Part shown: positions 19,916-29,371 of the stretch, one piece after another
How the letters are laid out: every line of letters begins with the position of its first letter
How positions within the stretch are numbered: position 1 is the first letter of the stretch
NCBI GenBank assembly: GCA_963705635.1
Contig: CAVPKH010000001.1
Location: forward strand, 594,395 to 658,394
Source of the DNA: an uncultured Solirubrobacterales bacterium
Lineage (GTDB): Bacteria > Actinomycetota > Thermoleophilia > Solirubrobacterales > 70-9
Length of the DNA: 64,000 nucleotides
Reading direction: 5' to 3'
Notes under the pieces: generated by a model
The model's database searches: none
Seen by the model: only the letters and a program-made list of their open reading frames with translations
Told to the model about the DNA's origin: nothing
Program-made: the position numbers and the translations under genes

Positions 19916-22108
19916 ATGCGTGACTTCATGGTTCAACTTGCAGGCTTTCTCGGGCGCCGCCGCCGCTGGGTCCTCTTCGCCTGGATCGCGGTTCTCGCCG
20001 TCGCCCTTCCCCTCGCCTCGCACCAGACCGATCACCTCACCGGCGGTGGCTTCGACGTCCCCGGCAGCGAGTCGAAGGCGGTCAGCGATGCGCTCGAAAA
20101 CGACTTCAGCGCCAAGACCGGCGGCATCGTCGTCCTGCTGCAGGCCGAGCGCCGCGCCGGCACGGCCGCTCGCGCCGCCGCCGTCGACCGGGTGCGCCGC
20201 GCGGTGGCGGGCCTCGACGAAGTGCACCTGCCGCCCGCCACCGTCCGCCGCGCGGAGCTGGCCCTGCGGCGGACCGGGACGGCGATGCTGCCGCTGCGCA
20301 GCGAACAGTCATCCGACCGCCAGATCGACTCGGCGACGACCCTGCGCGAAGACCTCGATCCCGGCACCGCCAGCAACGGCGTCACCACCTACATGGCGGG
20401 GCAGCCGACGATCTGGGCCGGCATGCAGGAGCTCTCGAAGGAAGACCTCTCCAAAGCGGAGGCCGGCGGCTTCCCGATCGTCGCGATCATCCTGCTCGTC
20501 GTCTTCGGCTCACTGGCCGCGGCCGTGCTGCCGCTGGTGCTCGGCTTCGTCAGCGTCATCGTCACCGGCGCGCTGATCTACTTCATCTCGCTCCACATGG
20601 GCACCTCGGTCTTCGTCACCAACATGGCCTCGATGATCGGGATCGGGGTGGCGATCGACTACTCGCTCTTCATCCTCGCCCGCTACCGCGAGGAGCGGGC
20701 GAGCGGGCGCGACAAGGACGCGGCGCGCGCCGAGGCGCTCTCCACTTCGGGGCTGGCCGTGGCCTTCTCCGGCCTCGCCGTGATCGTCTCCCTCGCCGGC
20801 CTCTGGATGGTCGACAACCAGGCGCTGCGCTCGATGGCGCTGGGGGCGATGACCGTGGTCGCCGTCTCGATCCTGACCGCGACGACCCTGCTTCCCGCCC
20901 TGATCGCGATGCTGGGCGACCGGGTCCTGCCGGGCGGCATCGTCGCCAAGGTGCTCAGCGTCTTTCACCGCCGCGGCGAGCGGCCCGACCGCGAGGCGTT
21001 CTGGGTCAGGTGGACGGCGCGCGTGATGGCCCATCCCTGGGTCGCCGTGATCGGCGTCTCCTCGGTCCTGCTCTTCCTGGCGATCCCGCTGCTCTCGATT
21101 CAGACGGGGACCCAGGCGCTGGGCCAGTTCCCCAAGGACAGCGACGTGCGGATCGGCAACGAACTCGCCTCCAAGCAGCTCGGCGGCGGCACCGACCCGG
21201 TGCAGATCGTCGCCTCCTTCGGTGGCCCCGCGCAGCGCGAGCGGGTCGCCGTCGCCGGGTTCGTTCGCACGATCGAGGCGACGCCGGGCGTCAACTCCGT
21301 CGCCCCGCCCGCCTTCGCCGGCAACAGCGTCCTGATCCAGGCGACGCCGAGCGCCCCCAGCGAGTCCGACGCGACGATCGCCCTGGTCGGGGAGCTCCGC
21401 GACGACGTCGTGCCGAGCACCGCGCTGAGCCAGGTCGCAACGGTCGAGGTCGGCGGCGAAACCGCCCGCAGCCAGGACGCGCGCGGTCAGATCAGCGGCT
21501 CGATGTGGAAGATCGTCCTCTTCGTGCTGGCGCTCAGCTACCTGGTGCTGATGGTGATGCTGCGCTCGCTGCTGCTGCCGCTGAAGGCGGTGCTGATGAA
21601 CCTGCTCTCGATCGGGGCGGCGTTCGGCGTCCTCGTCGCGATCTTCCAGTGGGGCTGGTTCTCCAACCTGCTCGGCTTCGAAAGCCAGGGCGCCCTCGAC
21701 ACGATCAACGTGCCGCTGATCTTCGCCATCGTCTTCGGCCTCTCGATGGACTACGAGGTCTTCCTCATGTCCCGCATCCGCGAGCACTACCTCGAGCACG
21801 GCGACAACGAGCGCGCCGTCGCCGAAGGGCTCTCGACCAGCGCCCGCACGATCTCCTCGGCGGCGCTGATCATGACCGCCGTCTTCAGCGTCTTCGTCCT
21901 CACCGGAGTGCCCTCGATCAAGGAGCTGGGACTGGGCTGCGCGGTGGCGATCGCGCTCGACGCGACCTTGGTGCGGCTGATCCTCGTTCCCGCTGCGATG
22001 AAGTTGCTGGGCGGCTGGAACTGGTGGATGCCCTCCTGGCTCGACCGGGCGCTGCCCGACCTCAGCTTCGAGGGCGGCGCGCCCGAGCCAGAGCCTGCAG
22101 AGGCCTGA
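19916..22108 (+). CDS. MMPL family (RND superfamily) transporter
   Basis: Track ORF of 730 aa with two repeated 6-TM halves and GIGVAIDYSLFILARYREE / GLSMDYEVFLMSRIRE motifs. Confidence 0.88.
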   Translation: MRDFMVQLAGFLGRRRRWVLFAWIAVLAVALPLASHQTDHLTGGGFDVPGSESKAVSDALENDFSAKTGGIVVLLQAERRAGTAARAAAVDRVRRAVAGLDEVHLPPATVRRAELALRRTGTAMLPLRSEQSSDRQIDSATTLREDLDPGTASNGVTTYMAGQPTIWAGMQELSKEDLSKAEAGGFPIVAIILLVVFGSLAAAVLPLVLGFVSVIVTGALIYFISLHMGTSVFVTNMASMIGIGVAIDYSLFILARYREERASGRDKDAARAEALSTSGLAVAFSGLAVIVSLAGLWMVDNQALRSMALGAMTVVAVSILTATTLLPALIAMLGDRVLPGGIVAKVLSVFHRRGERPDREAFWVRWTARVMAHPWVAVIGVSSVLLFLAIPLLSIQTGTQALGQFPKDSDVRIGNELASKQLGGGTDPVQIVASFGGPAQRERVAVAGFVRTIEATPGVNSVAPPAFAGNSVLIQATPSAPSESDATIALVGELRDDVVPSTALSQVATVEVGGETARSQDARGQISGSMWKIVLFVLALSYLVLMVMLRSLLLPLKAVLMNLLSIGAAFGVLVAIFQWGWFSNLLGFESQGALDTINVPLIFAIVFGLSMDYEVFLMSRIREHYLEHGDNERAVAEGLSTSARTISSAALIMTAVFSVFVLTGVPSIKELGLGCAVAIALDATLVRLILVPAAMKLLGGWNWWMPSWLDRALPDLSFEGGAPEPEPAEA

Positions 22109-22220
22109 GACCTGTCCCGGCAGGGGTTCCACTTAACTTTTTCGGTGGAACGGAAATTGCTGGCGCCTCAAGCTGGCGCCGAAAAAGTACAAGACGTTCC
22201 ACCCCTACCGGGACAGGTCT
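22108..22220. repeat. Nested inverted-repeat element between the MMPL and amidase genes
   Basis: Outer arms of about 25 nt: agacctgtcccggcaggggttccac / gttccacccctaccgggacaggtct. Inner pair: ctttttcgg / ccgaaaaag. gttccac, gtggaac, gttccac occur at 22126, 22145 and 22196. Confidence 0.6.
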
Positions 22221-22237
22221 GAATACGCTGTGACGGC

Positions 22238-23644
22238 ATGAGCGACGACCTTGCATTTGCTGGGGCTGCCCGACAGGCGGAGATGGTGCGGGCGGGGGAG
22301 GTGTCTCCTAAAGAGCTGGTGCAGCTCTGTCTCGACCGGATCGCGCGGATCGATCCGCAGCTCAATGCCTTTCACAAGGTGCTTGGGGAGCGGGCACTGC
22401 TCGAGGCCGAGCAGGCTGAGGCGCGGCTGAAGGCGGGGGATGGGCGGCCGCTGCTGGGGGTGCCGATCGCGGTCAAGAACGAAAGCGACGTGGTCGGTGA
22501 GGTGACTAAGTACGGCACCGACGCCTTCACCGAGCCGGCCACCGCCGACTCCGAGATGGTGCGACGGCTGCGCGAGGCGGGCGCGATCGTCGTCGGTCTG
22601 ACTCATCTGCCCGAGTTGGCAATCTGTGGCTTCACCGAGTCGGCCACCTACGGAGTCACCCGTAACCCCTGGAACCTGCAGCGCAGCCCCGCCGGATCAA
22701 GCGGCGGCTCGGCCGCCGCCGTGGCCGCGGGCCTCGTCCCAATTGCCTCGGCCGGTGACGGGGGCGGCTCGATCCGCCTGCCCGCGGCCTCCTGCGGCCT
22801 CTTCGGCCTCAAGCCGTCGAAGGGGCGGATCTCGCTCGCTCCGCTGCTCGAAGGCTGGCACGGGCTCGCCGTCAACGGCTGCGTCAGCCGCGGCGTGATC
22901 GACACCGCGCTCTGGCTTGACATCACCGCGGGTGGCTCGGGGGAGCCCGGCGCACCGCCACCGCCGGAGCGCCCCTTTGTCGAGTCGGCAAAGACGCCGC
23001 CGGGCAAGCTGCGGGTGGCTTACTCGACCCTGGCGCCGCGCGCCGCCGCGCCGCCGACGGTCTCCGACGCGGTCAAGCAGGCCGTCTTCGACGCCGCCGA
23101 GTTGATGCGCTCGCTGGGCCACGACGTCGCTCAGCAGGATCCCGCCTGGGGTGGGATCGGCAACAACATCACGCTCCGCTTCCTGCGCGGCGTCGCCGAC
23201 ACCGTCGAGGAAGTGCCACACCCCGAGCGCCTCGAACGCCGCACCCGCGGCTTCGGCAAGCTGGGCAGCACAATCCCCGACGCCATCTACGAGCGCGCCC
23301 TGCGCGGCCGTGAGGTCGACGCCGCCCGCGTCAACGCCATCTTCGACTCCTTCGACGTCCTGATCACCCCCGTCATGGGCGGCACCGCGATCCCAATCCG
23401 CCGCTGGGAGGGCCAAGGCGCCATCCGCACCGTCCTCGGCATGAGCCGCTTCTATCCCTACTGCGTCCCCTGGAACCACCTCGGCAACCCGTCGATGTCC
23501 GTCCCAACCGGCTTCGCCGACGACGGCATGCCGCTGGCGGTCCAGATCATCGGCCGCCCCGGCGACGAGGCAACCCTGCTCTCCCTGGCCGGCCAGCTAG
23601 AGGCCGAGCGCCCCTGGGCCGACGCCCGCCCACCGATCTCATAA
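22238..23644 (+). CDS. Amidase (amidase-signature family)
   Basis: Track ORF of 468 aa with signature AGSSGGSAAAVAAGL...GDGGGSIRLPA. Confidence 0.88.
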   Translation: MSDDLAFAGAARQAEMVRAGEVSPKELVQLCLDRIARIDPQLNAFHKVLGERALLEAEQAEARLKAGDGRPLLGVPIAVKNESDVVGEVTKYGTDAFTEPATADSEMVRRLREAGAIVVGLTHLPELAICGFTESATYGVTRNPWNLQRSPAGSSGGSAAAVAAGLVPIASAGDGGGSIRLPAASCGLFGLKPSKGRISLAPLLEGWHGLAVNGCVSRGVIDTALWLDITAGGSGEPGAPPPPERPFVESAKTPPGKLRVAYSTLAPRAAAPPTVSDAVKQAVFDAAELMRSLGHDVAQQDPAWGGIGNNITLRFLRGVADTVEEVPHPERLERRTRGFGKLGSTIPDAIYERALRGREVDAARVNAIFDSFDVLITPVMGGTAIPIRRWEGQGAIRTVLGMSRFYPYCVPWNHLGNPSMSVPTGFADDGMPLAVQIIGRPGDEATLLSLAGQLEAERPWADARPPIS

Positions 23645-23670
23645 AGCTATTTCGGAGACCGCATGGGCTG

Positions 23671-23741
23671 CGGAGGCCGGCGGGAGGGGTCCACCGGACA
23701 CTCCCCGCTTTTGTCCGGCGGACCCCTCCCGCCGGCCTCCG
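23671..23741. terminator. Very long GC hairpin between convergent genes (candidate bidirectional terminator or REP-like palindrome)
   Basis: The arms 23672-23700 and 23712-23740 form a 29-nt stem with a single mismatch, around the 11-nt loop ctccccgcttt. Confidence 0.55.
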
Positions 23742-23752
23742 GTGCGCTTCGC

Positions 23753-25036
23753 CTAGCCGAACACCTTCCGCATGCGGGCGATCTCGCGGATCGAGCCACG
23801 GGGGCGGATGCGGCGGGTCAGCAGCATCTTCACCGGGTTCGCGTCGGGCTTGCTCATCCCGACGAAGTCGGCCCACTTGGCCTCGAGCGTCAGGGTCGGG
23901 TTGGGCGCTTCGCCCGGTTCCGCCCGGGTCGAGCCGTTGTCGAGCACGAGGTGCCAGGGCTCGGCGTCGGTGAAACGCCACTGGTAGACGAGCGGCGAGC
24001 CGTTGGCGGCCTTGGGGTTGGCGGCGCGCTTGACCACGTCGAAGTAGAGGCGCTGCATCTCCGGCGTGGCTTCCGGGGTGACGTCGGGCGGGCCGAGGAT
24101 GCCGGCCTCCATCAGCTTCACCTGGTTCTGGGCGACCTCCTCGGGAGTGGCCTCAGGGTCGAAGGGGAAGACGCCGGGGGGCATCTCCTCGGTCGGGTAG
24201 CCGATCGTCCGCCAGCGCTGGCGGATCAGTTTGAGCCCGAAGGCGAAGATGTCCTCGAGCGAGAAGCCGTAGCACTCGGTGTATTCGCGATCGAAGTTGG
24301 GGGGGTAGAAGACCGCCGGCCCGTAGGGCAGGACTTCACGCAGCAGCTCGACCACGGCCGCTTTGCATTCCTCGTGGGCGGGGTGCTCGTCGGCGAGCAG
24401 CTCGGAGAGAACCTTGACGCCGAAGCCGATGTGGCGCTGCTCGTCGCGGGAGACGTTGGCCATGCCGGCGCTGAAGCCTGGCATCGTGTCTTCGGAGGCG
24501 AAGAAGTCCTCGATGAAGTGCTGGCCGGGCTGGGCGAGGGAGCCCTCGACGATCAGGTGGTAGAGGGTGATCGCCTGCGCGTACTTGGGCAGCGAGCGGT
24601 CCTTGCGCAGTTCCTCGGCCATCACGTCGAGGCGGTCGAAGACGCCGCGGTAGCCCCAGTTGAGCTGCGGCAGGGTGGAGGAGAGGGTCTGCTGGATCGA
24701 GTCGCCGCCGACCCCGATCACGTCCTTGAAGAAGCGGTGGAAGAAGACCGCGTGGCGGACCTCGTCGACCTGCTGGGTGGCGAGGAAGTAGGCCTGCTCC
24801 TCGGTCGGCGCGGCGGTGATGTAGGGGGCGAGGGTGTCGGCGACGCGATCCTCGCCGTAGAAGAACATCGAGTAGATCCACATCGCCGAGCGCCGCTGGA
24901 TGTCGCTGAGGCCGTCCCAGCCGGCTTTGTCCCCTGAGAGGTCGATGTCGTAGGCGCTCCAGTTACCACCCTCCCAACGGCGGTAGAGGTCCTCGTAGGT
25001 GACGTTGTCCATCAGGCTCTGCGATGCGACGCTCAT
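23753..25036 (-). CDS. Ferritin-like di-iron protein (RNR-R2 / R2lox-like) fused to a C-terminal SCP2 lipid-binding domain
   Basis: Track ORF of 427 aa. Metal ligand motifs: GEDRV, DEVRH, VEGS, RDEQRH. The last ~100 aa (LTLEAKWADFVGMSKPDANPVKMLLTRRIRPRGSIREIARMRKVF) are SCP2-like. Confidence 0.7.
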   Translation of the reverse strand: MSVASQSLMDNVTYEDLYRRWEGGNWSAYDIDLSGDKAGWDGLSDIQRRSAMWIYSMFFYGEDRVADTLAPYITAAPTEEQAYFLATQQVDEVRHAVFFHRFFKDVIGVGGDSIQQTLSSTLPQLNWGYRGVFDRLDVMAEELRKDRSLPKYAQAITLYHLIVEGSLAQPGQHFIEDFFASEDTMPGFSAGMANVSRDEQRHIGFGVKVLSELLADEHPAHEECKAAVVELLREVLPYGPAVFYPPNFDREYTECYGFSLEDIFAFGLKLIRQRWRTIGYPTEEMPPGVFPFDPEATPEEVAQNQVKLMEAGILGPPDVTPEATPEMQRLYFDVVKRAANPKAANGSPLVYQWRFTDAEPWHLVLDNGSTRAEPGEAPNPTLTLEAKWADFVGMSKPDANPVKMLLTRRIRPRGSIREIARMRKVFG

Positions 25037-25125
25037 CTCTCTCCTTTGCTGATCCTGCGGGGCGGCTGCTTGAGGAGGTTACCGCCAAACTGGCCAGTCA
25101 GCCAGTTTGGCCGAGTGTGAGTCGA

Positions 25126-26625
25126 TCACACAGGCGCCGGCGGCTCGATCTCGCGCTTGAGGATCTTGCCGGTGGGGCCCTTGGGCAGGTCGTCGATGAA
25201 CCAGACGAGGCGCGGGTACTTGTAGGCGGCGATGCGCTCCTTGACGTAGGCGCTGACCTCCTCGGGGGCCAGTCCCTCGCCCTCGTGGAGGACGACGGCG
25301 GCACCGATCTCCTCGCCCCACTCATCGTGGGGGACGCCGACGACCGCCGCTTCGCGGATCTTCGGGTGCTCGTAGAGCACCTCCTCGACCTCGCGCGGGT
25401 AGACGTTGTAGCCGCCGCGGATGATCAGGTCCTTCTTGCGGTCGACGATGTAGAAGTAGCCCTCCTCGTCGGTGCGGGCCATGTCGCCGCTGTGGAACCA
25501 GCCGCCGCGCATCGCCTCGGCGGTGGCGTCCGGGCGCTGCCAGTACCCCTTCATGATGTTGTGGCCGCGGATCACGATCTCGCCGACCTCGCCCTGGGCG
25601 ACCGGATTGTCGTCCTCGTCGACCAGCCGCATCTCGACCCCTTCGATCGGGGTGCCGATCGAGCCCGCCTTGCGCTCCACGTCGGGGTGATTTGAGCAGG
25701 CGACCGGCGAGGTCTCCGAGAGTCCGTAGCCCTCCAGCACCTTGGCGTCGAAGGCCTGCTCGAAGCCGTGCAGGACCTCGACCGGCATCGAGGCGCCGCC
25801 GGTGATGCAGTTGCGCAGCGACGAGGTGTCGAAGCTCTCGCGCTCGGGATGGTGCAGCAGCGCCCCGTACATGGTCGGCACGCCGTAGAAGTGGGTGACG
25901 CCGTCGCTCTGCATCGTCTCCAGCGCCTCGGCGGGATCGAAGCGCGGCACCAGGGTGAGGCAGGCGCCGACCTTGAGCGAGGCGTTCATGCCCACCGTCT
26001 GCCCGAAGGAGTGGAAGAGGGGCAGGGCGCCGAGGACGACGTCGCCCTGGGCGATCTCGCAGGTGGTGCGGCTGGAGACGTCGGCGTTGCGGAAGAGGTT
26101 GAGGTGGGTCAGCTCGGCGCCCTTGGGCTTGCCGGTCGTGCCCGAGGTGTAGAGGATCACCGCGGTGTCGTCCTCGGCCGTGTCGGCGAGGCCGGGCGTG
26201 GGCTGCAGCTCGGCCAGGCTCGCGGCAAAGCCGGCCGGCTCGACCTCAATCATCTCGGCGCCGGCGTCGGCACTGCCGCCGACGGCCTCCTCGGCAAAGC
26301 CATGCCAGGCGAGCAGCAGCTTCGATCCGGAGTCCTCCAGGTAGAAGGCGATCTCACGCCGCTTCAGCAGCACGTTCATCGGCACGACGATGCAGCCTGC
26401 CCGCAGCACGCCGTAGTAGGCGATCGGGAACTCGGGCACGTTGGGCAGCATCACCCCAACCCGGTCGCCCGGCTCGACCCCCTTCTCGCGCAGCAGGGTG
26501 GCGAGGCGGGCGCTGCGGTCGTCGAGCTCGCCGTAGCTCAGCTCGACCCCGCCGAGCCGGATCGCCGGACTGTCCGGCGCCCGCTCGGCGCTTTCGGTGA
26601 GCAGCGATGCGAGGTTGAGGCCCAT
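25126..26625 (-). CDS. Long-chain fatty-acid--CoA ligase (AMP-dependent synthetase)
   Basis: Track ORF of 499 aa: YTSGTTGKPKG, GYGLSETS, and a C-terminal GKILKRE. Confidence 0.9.
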   Translation of the reverse strand: MGLNLASLLTESAERAPDSPAIRLGGVELSYGELDDRSARLATLLREKGVEPGDRVGVMLPNVPEFPIAYYGVLRAGCIVVPMNVLLKRREIAFYLEDSGSKLLLAWHGFAEEAVGGSADAGAEMIEVEPAGFAASLAELQPTPGLADTAEDDTAVILYTSGTTGKPKGAELTHLNLFRNADVSSRTTCEIAQGDVVLGALPLFHSFGQTVGMNASLKVGACLTLVPRFDPAEALETMQSDGVTHFYGVPTMYGALLHHPERESFDTSSLRNCITGGASMPVEVLHGFEQAFDAKVLEGYGLSETSPVACSNHPDVERKAGSIGTPIEGVEMRLVDEDDNPVAQGEVGEIVIRGHNIMKGYWQRPDATAEAMRGGWFHSGDMARTDEEGYFYIVDRKKDLIIRGGYNVYPREVEEVLYEHPKIREAAVVGVPHDEWGEEIGAAVVLHEGEGLAPEEVSAYVKERIAAYKYPRLVWFIDDLPKGPTGKILKREIEPPAPV

Positions 26626-26642
26626 GCGCGTAGCCGGGTCGC

Positions 26643-26930
26643 CTAGGGCTTGGTCAGGTGATGGACCGGGAACTCCTTGATGTCCGGCGGCCCCGGCATC
26701 GCCTTGTCTCCGAGCTCGCCGATCGCCGGGCCGAGGCGTCCGGCCTGGAAGCGGTCGAAGTGGTCACGGGACTCCCAGAAGTCGATGATGCCCCAGCCGT
26801 TCTCGGTCGGGCCGGCGGCATGGAAGATCAGCCCCTCGGGTGGATTGCCGTCAATGTCCATGTGGGAATGGAGCGCGTCGTACTGCTCCTGTGTCCCACC
26901 CTCGAACCTGAGCCTCAGTCCAATCGCCAT
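26643..26930 (-). CDS. Small hypothetical protein (possibly a dimeric alpha/beta-barrel fold)
   Basis: Track ORF of 95 aa, 17 nt upstream of the ligase gene on the same strand. The fold assignment is a guess. Confidence 0.5.
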   Translation of the reverse strand: MAIGLRLRFEGGTQEQYDALHSHMDIDGNPPEGLIFHAAGPTENGWGIIDFWESRDHFDRFQAGRLGPAIGELGDKAMPGPPDIKEFPVHHLTKP

Positions 26931-27008
26931 CGTGCTCTCCTTGTTTGCGAACCCTGTCAGGCGAGCATAGCCCGCCCTCGCAACTCCGGGCCGCTTTCGG
27001 ACCCGGAT

Positions 27009-27383
27009 ATGCTCAGCTGGATGAAGGATCTGGGCGAGCCGACTTCATACCTCGCGGTGAGCAAGGGCGTGCCGGTCTACTCGAGCGACGGTGAGAACCT
27101 CGGCCGGGTCGTGCGGGTGCTCTCGGCGCCCAACCTCGACATGTTCGACGGCGTCATCTTCGACACCACCGCCGGCCCGGGCGGCCATCGCTTCGTCGAC
27201 GCGCCCGAGGTCGGCGACATCTACGAGGGCGGCATCGTGCTCAAGATCGATGCTGCCGAGGCCGCGAAGCTAGCCGCGCCGGATGCCAACCCCGGAGCGC
27301 TCTCGGTGAATCCCGCCGATCTCGTCGCCGGTCGCCAGGGCTTTCTCCGCCGCGCCTGGAACTCGATTTCCGGAAAGCGTTGA
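27009..27383 (+). CDS. Hypothetical protein (PRC-barrel-like?)
   Basis: In-frame ATG 27009 inside track ORF 26658..27383(+): VPVYSSDGENLGRVVRVL...GVIFDT. Confidence 0.5.
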   Translation: MLSWMKDLGEPTSYLAVSKGVPVYSSDGENLGRVVRVLSAPNLDMFDGVIFDTTAGPGGHRFVDAPEVGDIYEGGIVLKIDAAEAAKLAAPDANPGALSVNPADLVAGRQGFLRRAWNSISGKR

Positions 27384-27428
27384 GGCGGCCGCCCTTTCTC
27401 GCCGGGCTTGCGTAGGATTTCCCGCTCT

Positions 27429-27968
27429 ATGAAACTTCCTGCATTGATGCTCGCGCTGTGCCTCGCCCTGGCCTTTGCCGTTGCCGGTTGCGGTGGAAGC
27501 AGCGATTCGACCGGGTCGAGCGAATCAAGCTCCTCGGCCGAGTCGACGGACCCCTCCTCGACCGACGCCGCCGAATCTGAAGCCGGATTGACGGACACCG
27601 AAACGAAGCCGAATGTCACCGTGCCGAAGGGCGTTTCGCCGGATAAGTTCGCTTACAAGGAAATCGTCGAAGGCACGGGGGCCACGGCCGAATCGGGCGA
27701 CGAAGTCACGGTCCAGTACGTCGGGGTCGGCTACGACACCGAAAAAGAATTCGACTCCTCCTGGAGCGCCGGCCAGCCGTTCACCTTCCCCCTTGGCGCC
27801 GGAGAAGTGATCAAAGGCTGGGACAAGGGCGTTGCAGGGATGAAGGTCGGCGGTCGCCGCGAGTTGCTCATCCCCGGTGACCTCGGCTATGGCGCCGCTG
27901 GCTCGCCGCCGAAAATCGGCCCGAACGAAACGCTGATCTTCGTCATCGACCTGCTCGAAGTCAAATAG
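27429..27968 (+). CDS. FKBP-type peptidyl-prolyl isomerase lipoprotein
   Basis: Track ORF 27408..27968(+). ATG 27429 gives MKLPALMLALCLALAFAVAGC (lipobox). FKBP core: VTVQYVGVGY...GEVIKGWDKGVAGMKVGGRRELLIP. Confidence 0.88.
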   Translation: MKLPALMLALCLALAFAVAGCGGSSDSTGSSESSSSAESTDPSSTDAAESEAGLTDTETKPNVTVPKGVSPDKFAYKEIVEGTGATAESGDEVTVQYVGVGYDTEKEFDSSWSAGQPFTFPLGAGEVIKGWDKGVAGMKVGGRRELLIPGDLGYGAAGSPPKIGPNETLIFVIDLLEVK

Positions 27969-28170
27969 CGTCGCAGCAACCGCTGCCCGGATTCCAGCGG
28001 GCGGACGCTCACTGACGAAGCAGGGCGGTGGCAGCCTTGGCAGCCGTCGCGACGGTGCTAGGAAGAGCGCGCGCGTCCGGCGACGGCGGACACGGCACGG
28101 GGTGGCAGCCCACTCGATGCGAGATGGCCCTGAGCGCAGGATCGGCCGGCGGGCGCGATCATCTCCGGCG

Positions 28171-29205
28171 ATGCCGACCGCCTCGATCTTTGCCGAGCGA
28201 TTCGTGGCCCAGGGGCTGGCGGGACCTCCCGCCCGCGATCCGGCCGCGGTCGCCGAGCGGTTGCTGGCGGTCCAGGGCCAGGACCCGCGCGGAGCGCGGT
28301 TGGCGATCCGGGCCCGCAGCAAGGGCCTGACGGCGGCGGACGTCGACCGGGCGCTGAGCGAGGAGCGCTCGCTGCTAATCACCTGGCTCAACCGCGGCAC
28401 GCTGCACCTCGTGCGCAGCGAGGACTATCCGCTCCTGCACGCGCTGACGACGCCGCCGCTCTTCACCTCGGCGACCCGGCGCCTCGCCCAGGAGGGTGTT
28501 TCGCCCGATGCCGCTGAGCGCGGCGTGGCGACGATCAAGCGGGCGCTTGCCGATCAGGGCCCGCTGAACCGCCTGCAACTGCGCGAGCGGCTCGACCAAG
28601 CCGGCCTGGCCACGGAGGGCCAGGCCCTGATCCACCTGCTCTTCCTCGCGACCCTGCGCGGCATCGCCGTGCGCGGGCCGATGGTGGGCAAGCACCACGC
28701 CTACATCCTGGTCAGCGACTGGCTCGAGCCCGCCAAGCCCGTGGACCGCGACACCGCACTCGCCGAGCTGGCCCGCCGCTACCTCGTCGGCCACGCCCCG
28801 GCCGACGATCGCGACCTTGCCAGGTGGGCGGGGCTGCCCCTGCGCGACGCCCGCGCCGGTCTGTCGGCGATCGCCCCGGAGCTGGTCGATCGCGACGACG
28901 GCCTCGTCCACCTCGCCAAGCACCCGCCTATCGCCGAGCTGCCGCCCCCGCGCCTGATCGGCGCCTTCGATCCCGTCCTGCTCGGCTGGAACTCGCGCGA
29001 GGCGATCCTCGGCCCCCACACCCAGCTCGTCACCACCAACGGCATCTTCCGCCCCTTCGCGATGGTCGACGGTCGAGCGGTCGCCACCTGGAAGCTGAAC
29101 CGCGGCGAGGTGACGATCGAGCCGCTCGGCCGCGTCACCAAGAAAGCCGCCGCGGCGCTCGACCTCGACGCCGCCGACGTCGAGCGCTTCATGGCCGGCG
29201 CCTAG
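28171..29205 (+). CDS. Winged-helix DNA-binding protein of the AlkZ/YcaQ-like (DUF1006) family
   Basis: Track ORF 28102..29205(+): LLAVQGQDPRGARLAIRARS...ITWLNRGTLHLV. The family call is from pattern memory only. Confidence 0.55.
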   Translation: MPTASIFAERFVAQGLAGPPARDPAAVAERLLAVQGQDPRGARLAIRARSKGLTAADVDRALSEERSLLITWLNRGTLHLVRSEDYPLLHALTTPPLFTSATRRLAQEGVSPDAAERGVATIKRALADQGPLNRLQLRERLDQAGLATEGQALIHLLFLATLRGIAVRGPMVGKHHAYILVSDWLEPAKPVDRDTALAELARRYLVGHAPADDRDLARWAGLPLRDARAGLSAIAPELVDRDDGLVHLAKHPPIAELPPPRLIGAFDPVLLGWNSREAILGPHTQLVTTNGIFRPFAMVDGRAVATWKLNRGEVTIEPLGRVTKKAAAALDLDAADVERFMAGA

Positions 29206-29371
29206 CTGGCCTCGATCGCCCCGTTCGATCGAGTTGACGAGCTCATCGGCTCCTTGCGGCTGGCGCCCAGGGCAATGCCGGCGATCAGCCTGCCACCGTG
29301 CTGGCGTGGATCGTCGCCGCTGCGGGTATGCGAGAAGATCCGCGCCACATTCCACACCGCGAGGAGATGAC

